DNA from: Octopus sinensis
Taxonomy: Eukaryota
Assembly (NCBI RefSeq): GCF_006345805.1
Contig: NW_021833231.1
Span: forward strand, 16,407-80,406
DNA length: 64,000 nt
Direction: 5' to 3'
Each line of letters begins with the position of its first letter. Within the stretch, counting starts at the first letter, position 1. The position numbers and the translations under genes were made by a program. Below the pieces are notes generated by a model that was given only the letters and a program-made list of their open reading frames with translations, had not been told where the DNA came from and searched no databases. Shown in pieces: positions 13,529 through 25,911 of this stretch.

Positions 13529-14529
13529 TGTGTGTGTGTGTGTGTTGTGTGTGTGTGTGTTTGTATGCATGCACACAGTATGAAGACAGAAAATTAGAAT
13601 ATTATGCAAAACTGGATATTTGTTGTCAGTTAGGTCGGCAGCTGAAAATTCTCAGTTGCATTAATTCTTTAATTCTTATCTGATCTGTTCCTAGTATTTT
13701 TCTTAATATAATCTAGTATTTACGATCATTCAAATCTAATATCACAAAATGCCTGAATGTACAACCCATATCATTATAATAGAGTAAATTGATCAAGAAT
13801 TGGAAGAGAAATACAGAATATCAATTAGTGTTTGGAAAATCTATGACTTCAATAATAGCCTGAATATTTTGTACCGAGGCTTACTTCTGTTCAATTTCCG
13901 AACCATACTCAAACTTCCCCATTTCGGACCACGACCTACCGTACAGCCATAACAGGTAACGTGTCACTATAAAAGAAATTAACGCCTATGTGACTATGGC
14001 TCGACCAATCAACACTAGCTGACTTGTTTGGCTCGACCAATCAACACTGGCTGACTTGTCACAGTTGATGCAGCAAACATCAAAGGAAGTGTGCAAAATT
14101 TCTCAGCTTGATCGAGGTTTCAGCAACATTTGGCTTACCATTATAAAAAACTGTCGAATTTTATCTCAGGTTAGAGCCACTTAACCGTACAGACGAAACT
14201 AACCTATGTCTCTGCTCAGAGTGCTTATCTCTCGCCATCTTTAACTTTTTATGTTTAACAGGATTGTGAATTGTAATGTCGAATCAAATACATTGAACAT
14301 ATGCTGTATTTTAATTCTTATTTATTTCGTCTTCAATAACTATGAATTAATTTGCAAGCTACATCAGTAAATAAATCTGAAATCACACCGTGACTTTACG
14401 GATACACACACCACACACACTATATATATTATATATATATATATATTATATATATATATATATATTATATATATTATATATATCAATATTATATATATAT
14501 ATATATATTATATATATATATATATATAT

Positions 14530-14700
14530 AGGGAGAGTTACGAAAAAAACCAAAGACGAAGACAGGTGGTGTACAAAAAAACAGATGTATTAGTATAACG
14601 CTCAGGAATAAAAAAAAGTCTTTTACGTTTCGAGCCTACGCTCTTCTACAGAAAGGGACACAGAAAAAAAGGATGAGAGAAAAAATGTGTGTAGTGGCTG
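14530..14700 (-). mobile_element. Penelope-like terminal fragment between (TA)n tracts
   Basis: Reverse complement of the 7800-7945 family, including GAAGAGCGTAGGCTCGAAACGT. Confidence 0.6.
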
Positions 14701-14722
14701 GTATGTGTGTATATATATATAT

Positions 14723-14774
<52 letters not shown>

Positions 14775-14840
14775 TATATATATGTATATGAAAAAACAAG
14801 TCAAGATAGAAAATGCTAAAATATTTTATAAAGAACATTT

Positions 14841-14879
14841 CAATACCGGTTTCAGTCCATTTTGAGACCTTTTCAACTG
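14841..14879 (-). ncRNA. Minimal hammerhead ribozyme-like motif (variant core)
   Basis: Minus strand cag-TTGAAAA-GGTC-tcaaaatg-GACT-GAAA-CCGG-TA-ttg with a palindromic helix III. Confidence 0.5.
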
Positions 14880-15036
14880 TAACGATTAAATAATTAAATT
14901 TAGAAAAATTAAAAGAAAAGTTTTTTTAAAAGAATATTTGTATAGTGTTCAAATATAAGTGGCATTTTCCTTGTTTCTGCCTTTCTCTGTCTCTCTTGTT
15001 TACATATATATATATATACAGGCACATATGGTCAGA

Positions 15037-15496
15037 ACTGGTGTTGGTGTTTCTTTTTCTTCTTTGGACCTTTCCGTTTTCTTTTCCGACGAAGAGCTAT
15101 GCTCGAAACGTCAAAATTTTTTCCCGAGCTGCAAACTAATACATTCCATGTGCACGTCCTGTGGTTTGTTATTATTTTTAATGTTCATTATTTGGTTTGA
15201 TATATTATAAATATATATATTATATATATATATATAATATTGCTGATGGTCTGAGAAATAGTTGAGATGGTAAACGGTTTTAATTTTCATTCCTTTCGAG
15301 AATTTATCCTTTTTGTGGTTTTTGAGATTTCTACTGTTCTTTCTAGCACAACGCTTTCCTATTTGGAAGCCCTATTGTGTTTCTATATGAATAATATATA
15401 GTCTAATGGCTAATTCGATTTTTGCTAAGCCACTGGTAATAATAATTTATTATTACCCATTTATTATGTTTTAAAATATATTATATTATATATATA

Positions 15497-15536
<40 letters not shown>

Positions 15537-15701
15537 TCAAACAAATAAATGAACATTAAAAATAATAATAACAAACCACAGGACATGCACATGGAATGTA
15601 TTAGTTTGGAGCTCGGGAAAAAACTTTGACGTTTCGAGCATAGCTCTTCGTCGGAAAAGAAAACGGAAAGGTCCAAAGAAGAAAAAGAAACACCAACACC
15701 A
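15037..15701. mobile_element. Inverted pair of Penelope-like terminal repeats (~15037-15205 and ~15545-15701), each with a hammerhead-like motif
   Basis: Two near-identical ~160-bp arms in opposite orientation; motif TTTTCCGACGAAGAGCTATGCTCGAAACGTCAAAA at 15082-15116 and its reverse complement at ~15625-15658. Confidence 0.7.
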
Positions 15702-15995
15702 TGTTAGGATAGAATGGTCGTGGGGAGTGAAGTGAACTGCATGCTGGGCTTCATTTTCCTGTTACAGTTTTCATACTGTTGGGGGATGGAGTTGGCCTTT
15801 AATATTTAATCGTTTAATTATTGTTTGGTGTGAATGATAATTGATTCTATTGATGAAAAATGTGTGCGTATGCGTGTGAGACAGAGACAAAACACATTAT
15901 CGATGACTAGGATGATATAATTCCAAAAGACCAATCCTTTTTTATACTAACTAATGATCTACACCTAATTTCCCTAGACTAATTAAAAGTGTCCA

Positions 15996-16040
<45 letters not shown>

Positions 16041-16556
16041 CAAACACAACCCCACCATACATACTGCATCCAAGAAAGGTTATTGCTATAAAATCAACTT
16101 TAAGTCAGTAGCCTTTTCTGGATGTGGTCCAGGACCCCTGTGTGTGCAGCAGCAGCGGCAGTAGCAGCAGTAGCAGCAGCAGCAGCAGCACTATCATCGT
16201 CCCAGATTTGAAAGCACCACATCTTTTTAGGTTGTCAATAACTGTTGAGAATATTCCGTCGAAGTTGACTTTACCTTTCATCCTTTTGAGGGTCGATAAA
16301 ATAAGTACCAGTCGAGTACTGGGGTTGATGTAATCAACTTACCTCTCCCCACTCCCCGAAATATCTGGCCTAGTGCCAAAATTTGAAATCGATATTTGTT
16401 GGGAACTGAAGTACGTATCTTCTGGCCTCGAAGGGAAGCGTTAATTTCTCCAATGCAATCTTAGCTATGTTTAGAATATTGTTTCGACAGAAAAGAACAT
16501 CCTTGATAACGAGGCTCAACATTTGAATCGTGGGTGAGGGCCTCCAGTTGCGTGCT

Positions 16557-16840
16557 AAGTCGACCTCGGCGGAATTTGAACTCAGAATGTATCGGCAGAC
16601 GAACTACCTATTTCTTTACTACCCACAAGGGGCTAAACACAGAGAGGACAAACGAGGACAGACAAACGGATTAAGTCGATTACATCGACCCCAGTGCGTA
16701 ACTGGTACGTATTTATTCGACCCCGAAAGGATGAAAGGCAAAGTCCACCTCGGCAGAATTTGAACTCAGAACGTAGCAGCAGACGAAATACCGCTAAGCA
16801 TTTCGCCCGGCGTGCTAACGTTTCTGCCAGCTTGCCGCCT
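16557..16840 (-). mobile_element. SINE family B with a partial second unit
   Basis: Reverse complement of the family B sequence. Confidence 0.88.
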
Positions 16841-16859
16841 AGGATTTTTCTTCATGTAC

Positions 16860-17205
16860 GAGTACGTATATATTATGTGCACTATTTGGAGTCGGTACAT
16901 ATACAAATTTGTATGACTTGTTTTATGTATATATTCTCATGTATATAGTTGCATGTTTAGACATGCATACACATATATATATATATCAAATTCTGGAAAG
17001 TTTTACAAACTTTTACTGTTCCACTGATGGCTTGTATCCGTGATGTTCGAATCAGCTTTCTCCTTCCTGATTTTGAGAAGCCTAATTTCTTAAGATTGGT
17101 ACACAGGTAGCGTGTTACATATCCCAGTGCCCCAATAATTTCAGGTACAAACAGGAGCAACTGTAGATTTCTCAATAGTTCAATGTGAGTGTTTTCGTTT
17201 CTGCT
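16860..17205 (-). mobile_element. RLE-type LINE 3' fragment (same family as 10570)
   Basis: ORF 16957-17175 LRNLQLL..FVPEIIGALGYVTRYLCTNLKKLGFSKSGRRKLIR..QAISGTVKVCKTFQ; flanked by (CATA)n. Confidence 0.65.
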
Positions 17206-17223
17206 TATGTATGTATGTATGTG

Positions 17224-17490
17224 AAGGCGCGTGGCCTAGTGGATACGCTGTTGCACACTCGAACGCTAGATCGTTTCGATTCCTAGACTGGGCGGCGCGA
17301 TGTATTCTTGAACAAAATACTTCATTTCATGTTGCCCCTGTTTCCCCTTAGATCATAGCGAAATGTTGGCCTGCTCGCCTAGTCAGCGGGGGCGTGGCGT
17401 TATTTGAAGACTAAAACGATGCGAAACGCATTGTGACCAGCGATGTGCAACAACATCTGACAATCTGTTCGGTCACGTGATCACGTGATG
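17224..17490 (+). mobile_element. Degenerate tRNA-headed SINE (family C-like)
   Basis: GGCGCGTGGCCTAGTGG head, TTCGATTCC B box, TTCTTGAACAAAATACTTCATTTC core; flanked by (TATG)n. Confidence 0.7.
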
Positions 17491-17608
17491 TATGTAAGTA
17501 TGTGCGTATAGGCTGTGTATATGTCTGAGAATAAACACCCTCATTCATGCACACGCATGTATGTGAAGTACAGAGACAAAAATACATTTCTGCTTTACTG
17601 TTTTACCC

Positions 17609-18254
17609 GGATCTTTTCGGTTTGAACGGCAGTTTTTTCTAGCGGTGTCATATGAAATTGTCACCCATAATTATGACCCTAGTATCGATCTATTGCATTT
17701 CAATCTCTTTTAGGGTTAGGGTTTGTTAGGGTTAGGGGTGGGGAAAGGGTATCTTTTTTTCTTCACAGATGTAAATAAACCCAATCTGTTTCTTAAACGA
17801 GGGACATATTCATACGGCACAGAATGTCTTTTTTTTTACCTAAATGGACGTCAGTAATTGGTTAAAATTGCCGAAATGCAAGAAATTAAAGACGAAATAT
17901 GTTACAAACTATAGAATTTTCTCAATAAAGCCACGAGAAAATGATGTTTTATAAACACATTCTACCAGTATACGAAGTTTAAAATTTTTTAGTTACCCAG
18001 AAATTATGTTAAAAACTGCCGTTCAAACCGAAAAGATCCCAGAATGCTTTTTACCTCAATGGACGTCAGTGATTGGTTTAAATTGCAGAAATTGAAGAAA
18101 AAAAACAACAAATATCTTACAAACTATAGAGTTTTCTCAATAAAGCCAAGAGAAAAAGATGTTTTATAAACACATTCTACCAGTATACGAAGTTTAAAAG
18201 TGTTTAGTTACCTAGAAATTATGTTAAAAACTGCCGTTGAAACCGAAAAGATCC
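17609..18254 (+). mobile_element. MITE family M1, complete copy (17609-18039) plus duplicated right half (18040-18254)
   Basis: TIRs; 8-bp TSD TTTTACCC at 17601-17608 and 18255-18262 encloses the composite. Confidence 0.92.
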
Positions 18255-18723
18255 TTTTACCCTTAATCAAGATATATATTAGGACTTTTATGATCCGCTA
18301 GGCTAATTCTGGGGGCTTAATTCCGTATGTATATTGAATTCTCTTTTAGCGCACGCAATATAATGATTCCGCAGCGAGTGGAAAATTATTGACTAAATTG
18401 ATTATTCGATAAAATCAATAAATCTAATCAATTAAACATTCGCTGGAGGTGATTATGTGAATCATATTAATGTGAACGAGAGTAGAAACAAAACGAGTTG
18501 CGAAAAGGAAAAGAAACCAATGTTAAAACTCTAATCTTCGTGACAAACATCTAATCCGAGCAACCTGTGAAATGCAAATGCGAAACAGAAAAATGAAAGA
18601 GCTTTCAACAAATACAACAAGTGCAGTACTGGTCTATTCAGTTCCGTGGTAAACGTGGTCCTTGTGGAGAAATGAACATAATGAAACCCGATAAAAATTT
18701 TGCAAGAATATGGAAAAACAAAT

Positions 18724-18785
<62 letters not shown>

Positions 18786-18791
18786 ATATAA

Positions 18792-18832
<41 letters not shown>

Positions 18833-18872
18833 ATATATATATATATGTAATATATATGCATATAAAGTGTAT

Positions 18873-18910
<38 letters not shown>

Positions 18911-18927
18911 TATTGTACATATAATAT

Positions 18928-18960
<33 letters not shown>

Positions 18961-19145
18961 TCTATATATATATATATATATATAGATGGTAGATTTTGTG
19001 GATGTATAAATCTCCATGCTCTTTATCACTATATAATATAGTTGCCTAATAGTGGTTTTATCTCTAATTTAATTTATATATAATATATATATATATATAT
19101 ATAACATATATATATATAATGTATATATATATATATATATATATG

Positions 19146-19205
<60 letters not shown>

Positions 19206-19990
19206 ATATGTATGTGTAAACATATACATATATATGTATAAATGCCCTTTGAAGAATTTGTAAGCCTTGGAAATGTTATGCCGTAGTTTTAGATATGGAA
19301 AAATTAGTGAGTGAGAGAAAGAGAGAGAGAGAGAGGGAGAGAGAAAGGGAGGTTGGGAGGAAGGGATATTTTTTGTTATTAAAAGTATATTTTGTTTATG
19401 TATTTTTTATTCATTTATTTTTAGGGATTTTCGTTTCGTTTTGTTCCTGGGTTTTGCCATTCAATTGAATCACAAGACTTTATTATGAAAGAAAGTTATC
19501 ACTGCACGTGCGTAGGCGCGCATGTCAGTGCATGTGGGTATGTGTGTGTGCGTGTGTGTGTATGTGAGCATGTGTATGTATATGTACGTGTTGTTTGTGT
19601 ATGTGTGTGTGTGTACGTGCGTGCAGTGTATATATATGTGGGTGCTTGTATGTGGATGCATATGCGTACGTGCGTGCTCATGTGCGCGTTTGCACATGTG
19701 CGCATGTGCGTCTGTGTCTGTATGTATGTGTAAAAGTATGTTTATGCATGTGCGTATGTGTAGGCATGCGGCTACATACATAATATGTACATACATACAC
19801 AAGCTCACATACACACGCACACAATACACACAGACATACTGAAAGCAATGAACACAAAATCAAAGAAGACAGCCTAGGTGGGATAAAGTTTTAATAAATA
19901 TATTAGTTTAACGCTAAAGAGAAAAGGAAATAACGTGTAAGTATGTTTATGCATTATATATGATATATATATATATATATATATGTACAT

Positions 19991-20031
<41 letters not shown>

Positions 20032-20053
20032 CATTATACACATACACATTATT

Positions 20054-20116
<63 letters not shown>

Positions 20117-21074
20117 CCGGTTCTCGCAGAGGAAGGATGTGTTTGCTTTTGCTCTGTGAAAAAACAGAAAGGTTGCATAAATCGGCGAAATAATCTACTG
20201 AAAGTAACATAAAGTAACAAAACGTAGAACTTTGTTAACTCATAAAGTCTACTAAAATACATTTATTAAAAATATATTGATCAAAAACATAATATATTTT
20301 GCCTGAAGCCAAATGTAATACAGTAGGTTTTTTCGCCGAAAACGCACATGGTGGCAACTCATTAAATTAATTTATCTCCTGTACGAAAGAAAAAGAAGCA
20401 TTTTCCCTGTAAAGGAAAAGTAATTCCGTAAAGCACGAAGGTCTTGGACTGTACCGTTCATGATAAGTATTGTTTTCATATTCTATTTCATATTTTATTT
20501 ATTATTTTATTTCCCTTTAACTTAAGCTAGCATCTCCGTTAAAATTTACGAAGCCATCTTTGTTTACATTCTGAGAATAACTCTCTTTCAATTTCTGTTT
20601 CGCTCTCATACGTTTATCTTCTCGTAATTAGTTTTAGAATTAAATAACTCCTTCTTTTCCCCATTTTAATATATTTTAATATATTTTCCTCACTTTCTTC
20701 TACCTCCTCTCTCTCTCTCTGTATGTGTGTGTATGTATGTATGTGTGTGCACGTGTATATATACGTATATATACATAGACGCGAACTTTAATAATCTTTC
20801 CGTCTCTGATTCAGAATCTATCATTTTCTATTTCAGCTTTCCTGTTAATAATCTTTCATTTTCTTAATCTTTCATTTTTATTTCAGCTTCGTAACCTCCT
20901 CACTTTCTTTTCTTTCTCCCTCTGTCTCTTTACTTCTCTCTATCACACCATCTCTCTTCTTTCAGCCGTTCAATTTTTCCCAGTCTCTTCACTTCTCCAC
21001 TTCTCTCTGTCACACAATCTTTCCTCTCTCAGCCTCTCAATTTTTCTAAATATATAGTCGCGAACTTTCCTCTC

Positions 21075-21582
21075 TTCACTATCTTCCCTCAGCTCTCAAT
21101 CTCTCTAAATACACAGTCACTTTCTTTCTCTACTTCTTCTCTACCCACTATCACACTATTAAATTTTAAATATAATTAGATAGATAAATAAATATAATTA
21201 GATAGATAAATTAGATATAATAGATAGATATAATTAGATAGATAAATAAATAAAATATCTTCTTATCTTCTCTCAGCTCTCAATCTCTCTAAATACACAG
21301 TCACTTTCCTTCTCTTTTCTTCTCTACCCTCTATCACACTATTAAATTTTAAATATAATTAGATAGATAAATTAGATATAATAGATAGATATAATTAGAT
21401 AGATAAATAAATATAATTAGATAGATATAATTAGATAGATAAATAAATAAAATATCTTCTTATCTTCTCTCAGCTCTCAATCTCTCTAAATACACAGTCA
21501 CTTTCTTTCTTTACTTCTTCTCTGCCCTCTATCACACTATTAAATTTTAAACATAATTAGATAGATAAATAAATAAAATATC
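21075..21582 (+). repeat. Tandem ~185-200-bp monomers (about 3 copies) directly upstream of LINE ORF1
   Basis: CAGCTCTCAATCTCTCTAAATACACAGTCAC...TATCACACTATTAAATTTTAAA recurs at ~21090, ~21275 and ~21471. Confidence 0.9.
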
Positions 21583-21586
21583 CAAC

Positions 21587-22492
21587 ATGTCCAGAACCTG
21601 GAGACGTGACGAATTGGCGTTGTTCGTACGAGCCTGGCAATGCGCCGACGGAGATAATCCTAACAATATAATTACAGCTGCGCTGAAGAGCAGTAGTTAT
21701 AAAAGGACAATAGCTCAGATAGAGCGGAAGAAGCAGGAGTTTATACGCTCCTACGCACTTATAAGATCTCACATTGGCACGCTTGATGCCATCTTTGAGG
21801 ACGAACAAAGTAAAGATGGCAAGATTGGAGACACGGGTGCTGATGAAAGAAGTCACCCCCACCTAGTAGACACCCGGGAAGAAGTTTCAAGTGAGAAACC
21901 TGCCCGGAAAGTAAACCCAAGTGCAAGTGCTCCTACCAGCACCAAAAGCCATGGAGATGAAAAACACAAAAAAGAAATAAAAGGAGGAAAAACTAAAAGA
22001 AAAACTCAAACAAAACCAAAAAATGAAACAGCCAAGAATAGAAGTAAAACTGACTATCCATATACCAAAAAGGATGGAAACAAACAGCGCACACGGGTGT
22101 GTAGGTTCTACCTGAGAGGTACCTGCTGGCATGGAGAGGAAGGTGCAGGTTGCCGTTTTGCACATCGGGGACCCTGCCGCAGAGACACGAAACAGATCAG
22201 AAACAAACTAACAAAAGGAAAAGGGATGGACCACGCACCACCTGCCCCAAAGCGGAGGTACGCAGATGTGGTGCGTGCCACAAACCGCCAACATGATGTT
22301 GTTGAAAGGGCAGCTGCTGAACAAGAATCTTTTTTGTGCATGGCACAAAAGATTGTACAGCAGCTAACATGGCTTCATCAAACCCAAGCTCGCAGATTGG
22401 ACTGCCCACAATATACAAGACCACCACAGCAAATAGACCCAAGGGGGACACCACCGGCAACAGCATACACCTCACCTCGATGCTCCTACTGA
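21587..22492 (+). CDS. LINE ORF1 protein (301 aa): predicted coiled coil, Lys-rich region, CCCH-type zinc finger
   Basis: Open ATG..TGA frame directly before ORF2 (13-nt overlap); CRFYLRGTCWHGEEGAGCRFAH. Confidence 0.8.
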   Translation: MSRTWRRDELALFVRAWQCADGDNPNNIITAALKSSSYKRTIAQIERKKQEFIRSYALIRSHIGTLDAIFEDEQSKDGKIGDTGADERSHPHLVDTREEVSSEKPARKVNPSASAPTSTKSHGDEKHKKEIKGGKTKRKTQTKPKNETAKNRSKTDYPYTKKDGNKQRTRVCRFYLRGTCWHGEEGAGCRFAHRGPCRRDTKQIRNKLTKGKGMDHAPPAPKRRYADVVRATNRQHDVVERAAAEQESFLCMAQKIVQQLTWLHQTQARRLDCPQYTRPPQQIDPRGTPPATAYTSPRCSY

Positions 22493-25431
22493 ACATCAGA
22501 GGACTGCTAACACTCAGTAACAGGACAAAAATCCCGTTCCTGAGAGACTTTGTTGCATGCAATCAAGCCTTATGCATAGCACTTACTGAAACGCACCTGA
22601 AACCGGACATAGCAGATGCGGAATTACACATACCACAGTATGTTGTATTACGGACCGACAGAAAGAAAGGAGTCATGGAGGAGTTGCTATGTACATCCGT
22701 GAGGACCTCACACCTCAGGTCCTTTTGTCATACTCAAACTCGGTGTGTGACACACTAATTGTACATATAAGGCAGCTTGATGTAGTTGTGTGTGCTACAT
22801 ATCGCCCTCCAGATGCCCCAAGCCATGTAGGCAAGTTTGAAGACTGCCTTATAAAAATAGAAGTTCTAATCACATTAGAACCACACATAAGTGTACTTCT
22901 TATGGGAGATTTCAATCTACCCAATGTCAGATGGCTCGAGGACCTTTCTCTCCCAGGAATGACAAGATGTGAACGAGGACAGGCGAGGTCCCTCCTGAAC
23001 CTCATCAACACCCTGTACATGGAGCAAGTAATACTCCAACCAACCAGGGCAGGTAACACACTGGATCTCTGCTTCACAAATAATATGGATCTCATCCATA
23101 ATGTGAAAGTGACACCGACACTACTCTCGGATCACAACATGGTAGAGCTGACCACGTACGGGCCAAAGGAAAGCATGGACATGCAGCCTACAAGAAACCC
23201 TCAGAATCTTTCCAGCTTGAACTTCCATAAGGCAAACTGGAAACAAATTGAGAAAGAGATCCTCAAACAAAACTGGCCTGAATGTCTCTCCTCGCCAGAC
23301 ATCGACGTGAAACTTCAACAATTCATGTCTGTAATGCAAGTCATATGCTACAAATGTGTCCCAGAGAGAAAGGCCACTGTACACAAGAACAAAATCCCCA
23401 GAGAGAGGAAGATTTTAATGAGGACGGCGTACAAAATTTCAAATCGCCTAAACAACAAATTGAAAGCAGTGAAAAGTCCCGCCTGAAAAATAAAACTGTT
23501 GGAAATTGAAAAATGTCTGCAACTCTCCCATGAAAAGGAAAGAGCAGACTAAGAAGCCTGGGCTATAGACAACATAAAATCTAACCCCAGAGCTTTCTAC
23601 AGGTATTCCAAAGAAACAACTACGGTGCACTGTAGGATAGGGCCACTCCTTGAAAAGGATGGCACACTCACAGGAAAACCAATGAGGGTAAGTGAAATAC
23701 TGAATGAGCAATTCAAGAGTGTTTTCACTCCACCCCTTGGGCATTTCCAAATCACCAATCCAACTGACTTCTTTACCACTGCAGATATAAAATCAGAGGC
23801 AGCGACGATAGATTACATCGATATAAAGGAAGACGATGTAATAAAGGCTATAGATGAAATGAAAACGGACTCAGCTACTGGCCCCGATGGATTCCCGGCA
23901 ATCCTCCTAAAAGTATGTAAGAGAGTCCTAGCAAGACCACTGCAGTTCCTCTTTCAGAGCTCCTTGCAGCTGGCAAACTTCCAAGAAAACTGAAGGAAGG
24001 TAAAATGCCCTATTAATAAAGGAGGTAGCAGAGCGGAGGCCAAGAACTACAGACCTATCTCTCTGACCTCACACATCAGCAAGGTCATGGAACGAATAGT
24101 CAGAAGGAAACTGATCACCTTCCTCGGAGAAAATGACTTGCTGCCTGACACCCAACATGGTTTCCGACCAGGAAGAAGCTGCTTAACTCAGCTCCTACAA
24201 CACTATGACTGGGTGCTGAAACGACTGCTCAACCACTCAAATGTGGAAGTGATATATCTCGACTTTGCAAAGGCCTTTGATAAAGTCGATCATGGAATGA
24301 TATGTCACAAACTGCGTGATGTTAGCATAGTTGGAAAACTGGGAGAATGGCTTCATGACTTTCTGAAAGATAGAAGTCAGGTGGTAGTAGCCAATGGGGC
24401 CACTTCCATTAACACGCAAATAGTGAGCGGTGTTCCGCAGGGCACTGTTTTGGGACCACTACTGTTCATAATGGCCCTCTCAGACATGCTCTCAGCCACG
24501 CAGAGAGCCACGATCACAAGTTATGCAGATGATACAAAAGTTTCACAGGCAATACAGAACCCTGAGGACACTAAACGCCTGCAATGTGAGCTGGACAAAA
24601 TATACAAGTGGGCTGAAAAGAATAGCATGCAGTTCAATACTGAAAAGTTTCAAGCTTTATGCTATCAGCAAGCAAAACTAAATGCAATACCCAATGAATA
24701 CACTGGACCCGGAGGAATTGCAATCCCAGAGGCACATCAGTGCGTGACCTGGGTATTTACATGAGTGATGACGCAACCTTCGTGTACATGTTGCTAAATT
24801 GGCAATGAAATGTAGACGACTGGCCGGATGGATTCTTAGAACCTTTAGAACAAGAGAACAAGAAACCATGATGGTCCTCTGGAGGACACTTGTTCTAAGC
24901 CACTTTGACTATTGCTCTCAGCTATGGTCACCATCCAGTGTCAAGCTGATCACAGAACTTGAGGCGATCCAACGTAGCTACACGAAGAAGATAGCCTCTG
25001 TGCAGAATATAAGCTACTGGGAAAGACTCAAGAGATTAAAACTCTATTCCTTGGAGCGTAAGCGAGAAAGATAGGCCATAATATACATTTGGAAGATCCT
25101 GGAAGGACTTGTCCCAAACTTTGGCATCGAGAGTTACGCAAATGCCAGAACTGGGCGCAACTGCGTGGTGCCAATGACTCCAAATTTGCCATCAAGATGT
25201 AGGACAAGATACTGTGATAGCCTGGGCTTCCGAGGCCCACAGCTCTTCAATATCCTCCCGAAGAACCTAAGAGACCTGCATGGGGTGGATGCAGATGTCT
25301 TTAAAATGAAACTGGATCTCTTCTTGTCAGGTATCCCAGATGAACCAACTTCACGGCAGGAGGTGCAGATGAGGGAAGCTGCATCGAACTCTCTCATGCA
25401 CCAAATGGCAGTTGCTAAAAAGCATTCGTGA
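22480..25431 (+). pseudogene. CR1-group LINE ORF2 (APE endonuclease + RT), frameshifted
   Basis: LLNIRGL, IALTETHL, TYRPP, MGDFNLP, PTRAGNTLDLCFT, LSDHNMV, ATGPDGF, KNYRPISLTS, QHGFRPGRSCLTQLL, YLDFAKAFDKVDH, SGVPQGTVLGPLLF, SYADDTK, LKLYSLERKRER; several frameshifts and stops. Confidence 0.93.
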
Positions 25432-25707
25432 AGTAAAACCATGTAGCAACACCAAATGGCGGTGCCCAGCATGGTCACAGCTCGTGAGCTGAAACTAGAA
25501 TCAATCATATATGTATGTATGTATATATATACATGCATACATATATACTTATATGTACATATAGTAATATATATGTATATGCATGTATATATATATATAT
25601 GCGTATATGTATGAGAATATATATGTGTGTATGTGCGTATGTATATATAAATGCATGTATATAGATAAATATATATTTATATTATTATGTATATATGTAT
25701 ATATATG

Positions 25708-25770
<63 letters not shown>

Positions 25771-25860
25771 TTAAATATACATATATATAATGTGTGAATA
25801 ATATGTGAGTGCGTGAGATGAAGTGTGTTTGTGGATATAGGTAAATGAACCGTCGGTGGA

Positions 25861-25911
<51 letters not shown>

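Larger units (their letters stand above)
20114..25505 (+). mobile_element. Near-full-length CR1-group LINE; 5' boundary tentative
   Basis: ORF1 and decayed ORF2 listed below; starts after (TA)n at GTTCCGGTTCTCGCAGAGGAAGGATGTG and ends before (TATG)/(TA)n. Confidence 0.8.

Noticed and set aside
22660-24800. Programmed frameshifting in LINE ORF2
   Set aside because: Numerous scattered indels and stops fit decay or sequencing error, not recoding
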